Of a DNA stretch of 64,000 nucleotides, positions 12,810 to 25,039 are shown piece after piece; positions within the stretch are counted from its first letter, which is position 1, and each line of letters starts with the position of its first letter. The DNA is from Nageia nagi (taxonomy: Eukaryota; Plantae; Pinophyta), in assembly GCA_050084985.1 (NCBI GenBank), contig JBITNC010000002.1, forward strand, positions 30,938,001 to 31,002,000, given 5' to 3'. The notes below the pieces were generated by a model. It was given only the letters and a program-made list of their open reading frames with translations, ran no database searches and had not been told where the DNA came from. A program made the position numbers and the translations under genes.

Positions 12810-13510
12810 CATTCCATGAAACTATGTTTGCATCATGCATCTTAGCAAACAATTCTTACATCAGGTTATTGTACTCTTTCTCATTTTCCACAATTCATAA
12901 GTATTTGTGGGTGTGATCTGTCTCCTACAAGAAAATCATTTACCCTTTTGTGAACTTCAATTCAACTACATCCAAGTGCCTTCTTGATTCCTCAATCTTT
13001 AATAAATGTCCTTACTCCTTCATCATCATCATAGTTTCCCACTTCAACATAAATATTTGAAACAAGGACATAAGATGGAGCATATTTAGTCTCCAACAAA
13101 AATAATATTCTTGCTACAAATCCCACAATTCCTACATTCTTATGTGATCTAAAAGCACTAAGGATAAATACCCATACACACAATTCAAGCTTTTTGGGCA
13201 TATTGACAATAACTTTCATAGCTTCCTCAAGATAACTTGCATGAAAAAGAATTTCAACAATGCATGTATAATTATTCATCCTACAAACAATGCAGTAAGA
13301 GTACCTTATGCTATTAAAGTATTTACAGCCCTCATGTACTATTTCTTCATGGTAGCATGCAAGTAGAAAACATATAAAGATTATGTTTTTAGGGTTGGTT
13401 CCCAAGTGCTTCATCAAATGAAAGAGTTTAAGGGCATACTTATTGTAGCCATGAATTTCATATCCTCCAACCATTGCATTTTATAAAATTGTGTTTGTAT
13501 CATGTCTATT
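12810..13510 (-). pseudogene. PLS-E/E+ class PPR gene fragment
   Basis: ORF 12992..13474 with terminal PPR motifs and an E domain (VW..ILSA.RSHKN..YVLVSNIY), continuing through stops as GIKKALGCS*IEV...FLVGDRSHPQ. Confidence 0.88.
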
Positions 13511-14679
13511 AGGGAATTCATAACCACATGTGATAGAAATACACTTTTAATGAGTCTTTGATGTATTTATCAACCATTTTGCAAATTTTCCAATTTAAAA
13601 TCAATAATTTATTTAATTAAAACAAACATGGTTCCAAGTTCATTCTTTGAATATGTCTCATTATTTTGAATTGCAGGGAATTTGCAGTCATTGATTTGAA
13701 GTATCTTATTAAAAAATCTCATCTCACTATGGTATATGCTAGATACTACACATTTACTTTTTTTATTTTATGGGGGTAGTACAAGTATATGTTGTTGTTT
13801 TGTTGTGATTTGTTGACTTAAATACTAATACTTGTAATGTTAATCATATGCCCTCATAGAAAACACCGTAAATATGAGGAATTTAGGAGCATGCATCAAA
13901 TACATGATCATAGAGAGCTTTACTTAGATGGTGGAGGAGAATGGATTGCTACCAAGAAGATTGATAGGATATAATAATTTTTCTTTATTTTTAAGTGTGC
14001 ATTAATCAATTAAGTTCAACAGGGTGATAAGTAGAGGTTAAATGAGCATAGGAACTGATATTATGAATGTATTGCATCAATTCCTCCTCTACTAAGAAGT
14101 AGGAGGCCAATAGATGGCATATGTAAGCCATCCACATATAATCAAAAGAAATATGAGGCATAAAATAAATATATAAATAAGGTGCTTTAGAGACAATATA
14201 ATAATGAACATCATAGAGTTGTTGAAGGTATCTATTTTCAATATGATGTCCATGGTAAAAATAATTTACCAAAACCAATCATGGATGAACTACAAAAAAG
14301 ATGGAAGAATATAATTCTGAGGATAGAAAAAAAATTATTGGATCATTTAAAATAACAATTCACAAAGGGATATGTTAACTTTATTATAAAGGGGAAGGCA
14401 AGTGATTATATTTCATTTACATTATAATTTATGTTCTTGTATTGTTGTTTTATGTTATCCAACAAGTATGTAGTAATTTCTCATAGGTTGATGCAAATTT
14501 TGCAATATCCATAGATAAAATACTAAGAATTTTTAATCATGTTTTTAAAAAGTGTTGTTATTATACAAATAAATAATATTATTGATTATTAACATCATAT
14601 ATTATCCACATCATGTATAAGATTTGTCAAATGTACAAGGATCTTTACATCTGAATGATTTCGATGGTTAACATTCAAG

Positions 14680-15235
14680 TCATGAGGTAATTGATTTTTT
14701 TAATTATACTTGGCATTAAGTGCAAATACATAGTTTAATTTTGAAGTAAATTTATGACCTTAATTTTTTTAAATATGGAGTCTCAACCTCTAGGAATATA
14801 TAATTTTATAGAGGCTCTTTTTTTTTCCACATCATCTACAAGATGAGCAAAATATTGAAGGGTCTTCACATAGAATGAATTTAGAGTCAATAGACAATAG
14901 TATAGATGATGATGATGAGGTGAATATATATATATTTTAATTAGAATTTGAATTAACTACAAAAAAATTGTTTGAGAGTGAATTCACTTGATGGCCTTAA
15001 TTTTTGATACTATGTAATCTCAACCTCTAGGATTCTTTGATCTTATGGAGACTTTTTTTTCCATGTTGTCTACAGAATTTCACAAATACATGAGGGTCTT
15101 CATATTAAATTGAATTACAGTTAAATTTGACTTCTAGATATAATGATGATCAGGTAATTGATTTTTATTTTAATTACACTTGGAATTAAGTACAACTAAA
15201 TTGTTTAATTTTGAATTAACTTGATGGCCTTTAAA
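14680..15235 (+). repeat. ~230-bp exon/intron-like module repeated ~2.5 times
   Basis: gatga(g/tca)ggt..tttttaatta..gaattaa..ttgatggcctt recurs at ~14683, ~14914 and ~15146; tctcaacctctagga occurs twice. Confidence 0.7.
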
Positions 15236-16129
15236 CCATGATTTCTTGATATGAAGATAGGACATAACAATAGTGGACCATTTTCCATAAAAAAGGGTTA
15301 AAAGGTGCATCTACTCAATCCTCATGGTAATATAATGGCATTTAGAAATATGCATAATGATGATCTTGTTGGCAATAGCCATGGTATCTCTATCAAAGGG
15401 GGGCACTTTTTCATAGAGTTGATGACATGTCATTTCAATGGTTACAAGCTACCCATACCTAATGGATATGCTACTACATTAGGAGAATATCTTTGGGGAT
15501 TTATCTTATGGGAGACTAAATTATTGCAACTTGATTGCAAACCTTTAGTTTTAATCCAATACATATAATCATTCCTACTTTTAGATAAAATATTTACTTT
15601 AATACTAATTGTTGTGTTTCAAAAAAGTTAGTTTTTTCATTAATTATTCATTTTATATCTCATGAAACCAAATGATGGACCATAATGAGATAAATGTATA
15701 AAGGAATACAAAAATGCAAGAAATGTTGAGCAATCAAATAATGTAATATTTACAGAGGCCCATCATGATGAACATGCAAATGCAACAAATGTAGAGTAAG
15801 AAGGTAGTATCAAAACTAGCATAGAGGTGAGAGATCCAATTCACCATCTAGTTGAAGTTGAATTATAGTTTTTTAAACTAATGTACACCAATGCATCATT
15901 TTTGTATGATATGCGATAACATGCAGAAAGGAATGAAGCATAAGGAGGATGTAATTGAAGGAGAGGAACTTAAAGAGGCAAGGTTACTAGAACAATATGT
16001 TGTAGATGTTTCCAAATGGATCTAGGAAGTTACAAAGATTATACAAGATACCACAAATACTACAAAATATGAAAATAAAAAAGAAAAGGTATTCTTACAC
16101 ATTTGTAGGGCATCCTTTTTGTATTCTTC

Positions 16130-16830
16130 CATATTTTTGCATACATGTATATCAAGGCATTCACCTCTACAAAATTTGATGAAAATCCATTTTCAACTAC
16201 TCTTTAATGGATGTTCAAACCTTCTTCAAGAGCTCCCATGGTGATCCATATTGTATGAATACTATCATAGGTTGTAAAGTTTGAATTTACAACTAACAAT
16301 TGCATATCTTTAAATGTCTTTGGAGCCTTTTCAGAAAACCCATTTTGTGCTTATCCATGGATCATTACATGTGCTTAAATGTCTCTAGAATTGTATGTGC
16401 TTAAAGTATTTAGTGCCTTTTTAGATAACCCATTTTGTGCATATCCTAGTATCATTGTAGTTTATGAGATTGCATTATGATGAGGCATTTGGTCAAACAA
16501 TTCATGAGCCCTTACAATGTATCCAATTTGTACATATACTATGATCATTGCATTCCATGAAACTTCATGCACATAATCTATGGAAGTATTATTACCATTT
16601 AAGGAAAGCCTAATATGCTTAACAACATTTAAGGGAATCCTTGTTGTAGCCTACATAAACATTTATGCAGCCTTCTTGTAGCCTACATAAACTTTTGTGC
16701 AGCCTTGTTGTAGCCTACTTAAACTTTTATGCATAACTTTTTTGTAGCCCACATAAACTTTTGTGCATAACCATTTCCAACTATGCTTAATAATATTTAA
16801 GGGATCCTTTTTGTAGCCATGAATTGCTCC
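16130..16830 (-). pseudogene. Scrambled PPR fragments, including a 32-bp minisatellite
   Basis: Minus-strand motifs GYAQNGLSKKAL, HELFDQMPHHNAIS and QNGFSEKA. Unit ccttgttgtagcctacataaacttttgtgcag x4 at ~16639-16770. Confidence 0.75.
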
Positions 16831-17049
16831 ATAAACATCATATGGAATTTAGAAAAGGCTATTATCCTTTCATGCCACATACTAGCTTAGGATACATTTT
16901 TACCATGTAGTCACTTATTTTGTATACATTTTTTTTTCAATAGGTTTATTTTAGTTTAAGGGAATCCTAATTTGCATTTTTATACATAAAAACAAGAAAA
17001 TGAGGAAAAACATGTAGAGGAAGATGATGGTGAATGTAGTGGCACTATT

Positions 17050-17820
17050 TTGCCACATGGGAAGAATGTTGTTTAACTAGTTTGAATAAGAAATTTGCTT
17101 CTAATACAAATATATATTTTGCATTGATAGACCAACAAGTTGGTGGAGGGGTAGCTGCTGGTTTAGTTTTTTGTGTACTCATCATGGGTTGGTTACATGC
17201 AAACCCTAGTATTTTGCCTAACCAAAAGTAACTCGATGGAATGATACAACATGGATGTCAACAATGGAATAGACTGAAAGAGATTTCATCATTTAAAGAA
17301 AAATTTCCAAATGCACATTTTGATATGGATTCAGTTCTTGAGCATAAGTTCAATCTTGTGACTATGAAATTATGAATTCCAAACAAGGCTTGCTTAAGCC
17401 AAAGGGCATCTTGTGAAAGTTCAAAATATTAGAGAAATAATTGACAAAACATGGAATGCCATATAAAATACTATAGGAATTTACATAGTTGCATAGGCCG
17501 ATCATTTCTTCATTTTGATAGTTGAATAAAAAACATGTTATATTTTTGATACTCTTGGTTAAATACTAGATGAGAAATGTAATAAAGGATATGTATTGAA
17601 ATTTGATTAAGAGATAGAAGTGTGGGAGAAGGAAAAAGTGAGAAAAAATGAGGAGCGGTACTATAATGTAAAATATATATAAGGAGTGTTGCAATCATTT
17701 CGTTGATAAGTTTTTAACAAAGTCACATATGCATGACCAAGTGATTGAGTTCAAAGCTAGGATATTAAATAATCTTGATCTAACGAGGAATTTGACCATG
17801 GATTTCTCTCTCACAAAACT
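17050..17820 (+). pseudogene. Diverged copy of the C-terminal domain of the plant At3g11760/At5g04860-type family
   Basis: NIYFALIDQQVGGGVAAGLVFCVLIMGWLHANPSILP..LDGMIQHGCQQWNRL...KFPNAHFDMDSVL; IYIVA*ADHFFIL.VE..CYIFDTLG..DEKCNKGYVLKFD; KECCNHFVDKFL. These parallel my recollection of the family motifs IDQRS..AGESACT..FPDKHFDL, WNDHFF..IDTLGERL.EGCNQAY.LKFD. Confidence 0.75.
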
Positions 17821-19029
17821 AGAGGATGATGAAAATAGGTAGGTATTGAACTTACTCATTGATGTTTTATGAATCTTTTTCTTCCTAACAATGTTATTTT
17901 AATCCTTCTCCTATGAAAGGAATTTATGGATTGAATATCTAAAGGTAAGAAAGGATCAATTAGGAAGACACTAGGTCTTATATGTATATCTATACCAACC
18001 ATGGGATAACTCCTCCTACTGTTAAAAGTGATGAAGGTAAGAGATCATATTGGTATGACTCCAAGCTTTCTCTTGGAGATATAAAGCCCATAAGGACTTA
18101 TAAATTGCTAGAAAAAAATGCTATAAAAAAGGGAACAAGCCATTTCAAGTGGTGACTTTGAAATACAACATGTATAAAATCCTTATAGGAAAATGTTTTA
18201 CCTCAAAATTTTCTACATATAATTTGTTACATATAAATTTAATAACATAAATTTACAAAAAACATATTGAAGTAAATAATAGTCATGTATATCATTATGA
18301 ATGCTAACATACAAATCCTACTATATGTCATTATGATTATTTAACATTTCACTTCACTTTCATTTAATTTGGTGTGCATTCTACTTTTCACTTAATTTTA
18401 GTTTTGATTTGGAAACTTATAGATTTTGAATTTTATGGCAGGTAACCCCCAAGGAATGGATAGTGGAAACATATAGGTAGAAGAAATAGGGCTAAATATA
18501 AAGCTATTAGAATGCCACAAAACCCATCTCTCCATAACAAAATGCTTATAGAAGTAGAAAAGTGTGAAGGAATAGTCAACTATATTGGAAAGCATCCCAT
18601 TGCATGGGAATAAAATAGAGGAGTGAAAACTATGGAGGAAGATATACAAGAATTTTTACAAGGAGGGTTATAGTAAATTGATTTATCAATTGGATGATAT
18701 TACAAAGGAGGAATAATACCAGTACATATATTATCCATATGTGGCCTTTTTCCCACACAACAGAATCATGTGCTTCATTCCTGATCCATTGAGCATGTAT
18801 ACTCCAAAAGAAGACAATGTTTAAAAATTTAATTGTGAGAAAACTATTTTAAAATATAATTATAAAAATGGCATGTATATTTGAGATAGAGATTGTATAT
18901 TTATATATTTTTGATAATGACATGTATGAAATGACATGTATATAATCGGTCTATTTTGAGTAATGTTCAATTTTATCTTGTACTTGTTTGAAAACTCATG
19001 ATTAATTATTATTGCATGAAAAATAATCA

Positions 19030-19852
19030 GAAAAATATCCAAAATACCCTTGTAATTGAATGTAATATAAAAAATACCCTTAAATTTTTACAAATATCAA
19101 AAATACCCCTATTACTTTTAATCTCCCATTCCATTCAAACATAAAAAAAAATAAATTTTAGAAAATATATCAAGGGATGCAGCAAAATGGAGGAGGATGA
19201 GATATCAAGCATTGCTGCTACTGGAAAATATGTTGAAGAATACAATAAAATGGAGTTTACTTAATGAAATATTTATCAGCTAAAGATATCCTTTCTTTCA
19301 CTCTTTACAATCAAATGTTCTATTAGACTCTAATTTCGATCCCTAGGGCTTGGAATCGATTGGAGAATTTATTTTTTCTTCCTACATCCCCTACTGCTAA
19401 GAAGAGGTAATTTCAAAATAGAAGCATAGATTTGAGGTAATCAACACCAAGGATGTGGTCCAACATAGCGACTTGTTGCATCTCTACCATGGCATGCTAC
19501 CCTTTGTTAGAACATTCAAGACATTCTTCTCAACTTTAGGTGATTCCTTCATATCATCCCATAGCTTCAAGGCTTCATTGCTTGAAATTGCAAATTTATG
19601 GGTGAAAAAATGTTGGCCTACACCACCATTGAGATATGAATATAGGTATTTTCCATGCAAATCATGAACATTCAACTTTCAAGCAATCTTTCCTTGCAAC
19701 CTTGCCGAAATTGAGTTACACCCAAATAAAAAGAGAGCATGCACAAAGGTTGTAGAAAAAATATTGTATTTGAGGGGTATTTGGATATTTATGTAAAAAT
19801 AGGGGTATTTTTTATATTACATCAAATTTGGGGGGTATTTTAGATATTTTTC
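19030..19852. mobile_element. Non-autonomous MULE/MITE (~820 bp), Pack-MULE candidate
   Basis: ~85-bp inverted repeats: 19030-19115 (gaaaaatatccaaaataccct..tgtaatataaaaaataccct) and 19768-19852. Possible 9-bp TSD AAAAATAAT at 19019-19027 and 19853-19861, offset by 2 nt on the left. Confidence 0.8.
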
Positions 19853-19869
19853 AAAAATAATTATCTTTC

Positions 19870-20390
19870 AATGTTTGAATACTCATGTGTGAAGATTCCT
19901 CAAAATAGTTTGCATGAATGAGAAGGTCAATAATGCATGTATAATTATTCATTCTAGGAATAATTATTCATTCATGCTATTAAAGTATTTACAATCCTTT
20001 GAATGGAAAAATTACCATTTATAATTATTCATTTTCGAAAAAATTATTTTTCAATGGAAAAAACTATCTTTTAATGTTTGAATACTCATGTTTGAAGCTT
20101 CCTCAAGATAGTCTACAGGAATGATAAGGTCTACAATGCATGCATATATTATTCATTCCAATAATAATGCAATACAATTCATTCATGAAAGTATTTACGA
20201 CCCTCATACACTAGGACTACATGGTTGCATGCAAGTAGAACACATACAAAGTTTATGTTGTTAGGGTTGGTTCCTCAGTGCTTCATCAAATCAAATAGTT
20301 TAGTGGAATCCTTGATGTAGCCATGATTTGCTCATATCCTCTAAGAATTCAAGTTCATGAAATTATAACTATATCATGCATATTACATGG
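19870..20390 (-). pseudogene. PPR fragments (partly duplicated), same family as 12.4-13.5 kb
   Basis: gcatgcaagtagaacacatacaaagtttatgttgttagggttggttcc and catgtataattattcat match the 12.4-13.4 kb PPR pieces. Confidence 0.75.
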
Positions 20391-20440
20391 TGCCACATAC
20401 TGGCAAAAGTTTCAAAGAAAGATTTACACCTGATAATTAC

Positions 20441-20600
20441 ATATACATATATTATGGGCATATATATAGATATATTATAGGAATATATATATAGATATAT
20501 TATAGGTGTATATATAGATATATTATGGGTGTATATATGCTATGCTATATTGTGGGTGTATATGATGATAATTTACGGGTGTATATATGTGTGTTGCCAA
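20441..20600. repeat. TA-rich ~22-24 bp tandem repeat
   Basis: atatatagatatattat(a/g)gg repeated several times. Confidence 0.75.
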
Positions 20601-21699
20601 AAATATCAAGGTTTGTATATTATATAATGGCCTATATATATCCTATATTAGGGTTTGTGATCAATGAAAGATTCATTTTTCAAATATTTTTATCATTTTT
20701 CAATCTAATATTGACTAAGTATATGAGCCAAAATCATGGTTACCAAGAGTTCCATTGGAAAGTAATTATTTTGGCTCTTATTCTCATTCAATCTCAATCA
20801 GGATGGGGAGATCAAAGGTTCCATATCCTTTTGTGTCTCTTTTTTATGGGGATTATTAGCTTAAATGATTTTTTACAAATTATTTGCCTCCTTTTTTCAC
20901 AAGTATCTTCAATTGGACTCTATTTAGGAGATCTGGAAGATTATTATAAGGTTTCTTTAGAATATTTTCTTTATGGTTTATTGGCATCTCTACAATTATT
21001 CATGCCTATTTTCTTTATACATTATGATTCATTATCACAAATATTATAATTCATGATCAAGTGCATCATATGATATTTTATGACCAATCACCCTTAATAT
21101 GCCCATTTTACATCCAATATACATAACCTAATAATAAATCAATCTTTCATTGATATTATGATGTCGATAAATCTTATAATGAAACACAACTTCCAACATA
21201 CAAAAATGAGATATATAAATATCAATAAAATAGATATTATGATGACACATAATAAAATCTAGAACTATGAATAAAACTATATAAGAATATATGAGGGTCT
21301 TAAAATAAGCATAGGTTTTTGCAGTTGAGTTATGCCTTCATTAATAATAGTATCATATACATCTACATATGCTAGTAGAAATAAGAGTACAAAAATCTCC
21401 ACTATAAGCCAAATGGTCAAATTCACAGCGATCATTAATGTATTTATTAAATTTTAAAATTAATCTTGACTAATTTGCTTAAATATTAATTTTGATTCTA
21501 ATTTTCCCAAACATAATATTTCTCAACAATGCTCAAGAATGATAAAGACCTACATGTTGATTCTTATTTGATATGATTATTTGTAAGAAAACATAAAATT
21601 AGCATTGAAATCAGCATTTATAAAAATTGATTTCTATAAAAAAAACTTCTTGCCTTAAAATTGTGTTGTCTTGGGTTAACCATGCTCTTTTAATATTGG

Positions 21700-24210
21700 A
21701 TAGATATAAAGAGGAGTCTTTTGGCCATCCACATTTACATCAACTGATTTCATCTCTCAAGTTCCACTCTTCTTTTTACATGGAGGACTCATACAGCTCT
21801 TTTTTCTTTTCAAAAATATTTCAACTACATTAGAATCAAGTGGGAATCCAAATTGGGGGTACCAAGCTTGCATATCCACAACCATACTTGCAAATTGATT
21901 CTTACTTCTATGAGTATCATAAGCTTTCTCTAACAAATATTTTAACCATGTCTTTCCATCATCAACATCTGATATCTTGGGAGATGAAGGATCAACTTGA
22001 GATTCTTTACTTTGAGAGCTATTAACATGAGGTGAAATTATGTTGTTAGAAGAATGTGGTGTATTAGGTGCAGTATCATTGTATTTCTAGTAAAATGAGT
22101 AGTTTCAATTGACAAGTTCATTATTTTGAATACATGTTCCACTTGCAATTGCATGTGTAATAATCTTCACCTTGAAGGGTATTAAGATATTGTATTAATG
22201 AATTTGATTGACTCCTCACCCACTATGAACCAATGACATCTTCATAAGGGAGTTAATGAGAATCAAGTATCATACAAGACTTTTGTATTATACTTTCTAG
22301 AATCCTCTCCTTGTAATTATTCCAAAATCCTCATGTCTTCAATTTATCAAGGATTTTATTATATGGATCAACAAGTTCAAAAAGTGTGTAAAGTAACAAA
22401 TCCATTCTTCTATCATATTTTCTTACCTTTTGACATTAAAAACTAGATTTCAAAGTACAATGATATGACTTTATGGTTGAATTTATTTCTTGGTTGGAAT
22501 GGGGAATATTTTTGTAGCATTTTGCCCACATACCTTTAATAAAAAACATAGAATAAAAATAATGAATGCTTAACAAGTAAAACAATTATAAGCATAAACA
22601 TGTTATAAGTGAATTTACGAATTCTATCACCCTCAAACCAATTCTTAGTTAAGTAATTTATAAAATCCTTCTTATTATGGAAATCAGCATAAAACTTAGA
22701 TATAGTTGCTAACAAAGATGCATAATCCTTGCATTTGGATATTATTTCATCTAACCCTAAAAATATAACTCTTCCAACCTCTATACTTAATTCCCTTCTT
22801 GTAGACATTATTTAACCAAGCCTATTTCATATTCCACATACACAATAAATGTTTGCAACCAAACACTCTCCTAGACATACAAGCAACAATAAAAATAAAA
22901 TTTTAAGATGAACATAAAAAAATAAGACTCATAAAATCATAAAAATATTTTTTCAACTTTGTTTTGCATGTTTATAAACAAAATACAGGAAACAAACCTG
23001 ATGGCTTAAATTTTTGCAACAACATCATCAGTAAGAAATGCATTCACATGCCAACTTGGTTGGTATTCTATATAATATTTTTTCAATATTTCTAGCCACT
23101 TAATTATGTTATCAACATCATTTTTGTATGTGACAACACATGCCACAAGTAGACCACTTTGTAGGGCATCAAACATAAGTAATGTTTAAAATTGGTACTA
23201 CAATAAAGTAAAACATTAAAAAATTAGCAACGTACAAAAATCAATAATGTAGATAAATCAATTATGGAAAAAATCAACAATACAAAATAAACAATAATGG
23301 AAAAAAATAAACAATACTTATACCATAAAAATTTGTACTAAAGGTTGAACCTATTAAAATTATGTTCTTATAGGATATTTCAATCATCTTTTACAACATC
23401 CATTATGTTTGAATACCAATAACATATTTTCCAATGGCATGCTTAGTGTTATTATATATGAGAAAAATTTCCTTATTATCCTAGAACCAATTATCTATAC
23501 TTGTGGCATCATAATTATCCTTCTTCCCCCTCACCCCCCCCCCCTCATTAATCTATTGTATATGTTTTGAACATCCTTCCTTACAGTGCAAGTATCTTAA
23601 ATTGCAAGTACATTTTACAAATACTCTTTCATAAATTGCCTATTACATATGGTATCAACAAAAATACCATCTATTAGCAATGATTCAATCATCGAAATAG
23701 TCTCTTTCGACATATGTGGAGAAATTTGGCCCTTCCATTTTTATTTTGCTTCTATAATGCACTCTAGGGCAAGGTTGTCCATCAAGTGCAACATGTTCAA
23801 AATTATTGTATATGATAAATGCAACTTCTGATAAACTTTCAAATACCTTAATAATAAAATGACATTGACAACCCATTTTCTTAGTAAAATGCCTCTTTCA
23901 TTTTAGATGAGGTAGGTCATTTAACTTATCCTTAAATTAGTAAGCATGTCAATAACTACATACAAAATAAATAGTTTAGAATCATATTACTTACCAAGAC
24001 ATGATCATGCAATGAACAAATTGGAAAAAAAAAAATTCTTACATGACACATTTGGTTGCCTTCAATTTGTAATTGCCTTTTAGACCATTTTTATTTTTTC
24101 CTCACACAAAAACATGCATTGTGCATCAATATTAGATTCTTCACCCTTTTTGAAATCATCCAACCTGCATAAAGTTATCATTGCTATTGAATTAGTATTT
24201 CCTCTTGTAC
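21700..24210 (-). pseudogene. MULE (MuDR-type) transposase with SWIM remnant, intron-containing
   Basis: GCQCHFIIK...IIYNNFEH..DGQPC; VIGIQT*W..IGSTFSTN; LLMFDALQSGLLVAC..NAFLTDD; LCMWNMK*AW; YLTKNW; CNCKW. Resembles the At4g13970/At1g60560-type MULE-SWIM lineage (from memory). Confidence 0.82.
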
Positions 24211-24379
24211 ATGGTATTCATGTCCAAGTTCAGTCATTGCGATAAAAGAGTTATTTTCCTTAGATATCTTGTACAAGTGTATTAAAACTTATATGTCATT
24301 TCAATGTCATTATGTATCATTTAACTGCATAAATAAAATATATAAGACACATTATACCATAGTATAAGGTAATCCTTGG

Positions 24380-24620
24380 TTTCAAACTTTCAATGCAACC
24401 ATTGAAGGATATGCAATTCTTGGCTACAGTAAGGATGCACTTAAACTCATTGATATACATTATTGCAAGGGAAATTATTATCAATGCATTGATAGACATA
24501 TGTGCAAAATATGGAAGAGTACATCAAGGATGCCCTCAAAATATGGATCAAAAACTTAAAGCCCAAGAATTTTTAACAAGATGCATGATGTAGATACAGT
24601 TTGATGCAATGCAATGAACA
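24380..24620 (+). pseudogene. PPR fragment near right end of the MULE
   Basis: INALIDICAKYGRV. The string aagatgcatgatgtagatacagtttgatgcaatgcaatg matches the reverse complement of the ~12810-12850 'KMHDANIVSWNA' motif. Confidence 0.7.
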
Positions 24621-25039
24621 ATTCACTTTAAAAATATATATTTGATGTATTTGACATATAGCATAGCTAGAGAACAAATATAAGCAACTAAAGTTAAGAT
24701 TAATGAGTAAATTGGATTAATAAAAAAAGTATAGAATTTTAGAGGACCTCCATGAACCTTTACATAAGGAAAGATTTAAGATTTTAGCCAAATATTAGTA
24801 CTGTATCTAATTTGTTGTTGTTAAATTACTAAAGGCTTACCACAAAACTTACATCAAATAGGACTTGGATCACTTGTTAACCTATCTTAAAAAGAAATAA
24901 AATACAAAGTTTACTTGAGAATATATACACAACTCCTATTAAATTGGTTTATATCAAAGATTATCATCCAAAAATATCATTGCTCCTCTAACCAGATCAC
25001 TTCATTCTACTCACTTCATATTATATTGCATTATCTTAG

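Larger units (their letters stand above)
13850..18825 (+). pseudogene. Decayed multi-exon cargo gene of the MULE
   Basis: Purine-rich exon-like blocks alternate with T-rich intron-like blocks that have GT/AG-like edges. Contains the recognisable domain at 17050-17820. Limits approximate. Confidence 0.4.
12030..24800. mobile_element. Large decayed Mutator-like element (MULE) with convergent transposase and cargo gene
   Basis: MULE transposase on the minus strand. Weak inverted similarity between ~12045-12200 and ~24665-24775 (e.g. gctaaatatttgattcctag vs revcomp gcttatatttgttctctag) suggests eroded TIRs. No TSD identified. Confidence 0.5.

Noticed and set aside
12992-13474. Functional PPR editing factor
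   Set aside because: No N-terminal repeat array or transit peptide, stops in the E+ region, and duplicated scrambled copies nearby.
20525-21049. 174-aa hydrophobic ORF as a membrane protein
   Set aside because: It starts in a TA repeat, its hydrophobicity follows from T-rich composition, and no motif is recognisable.
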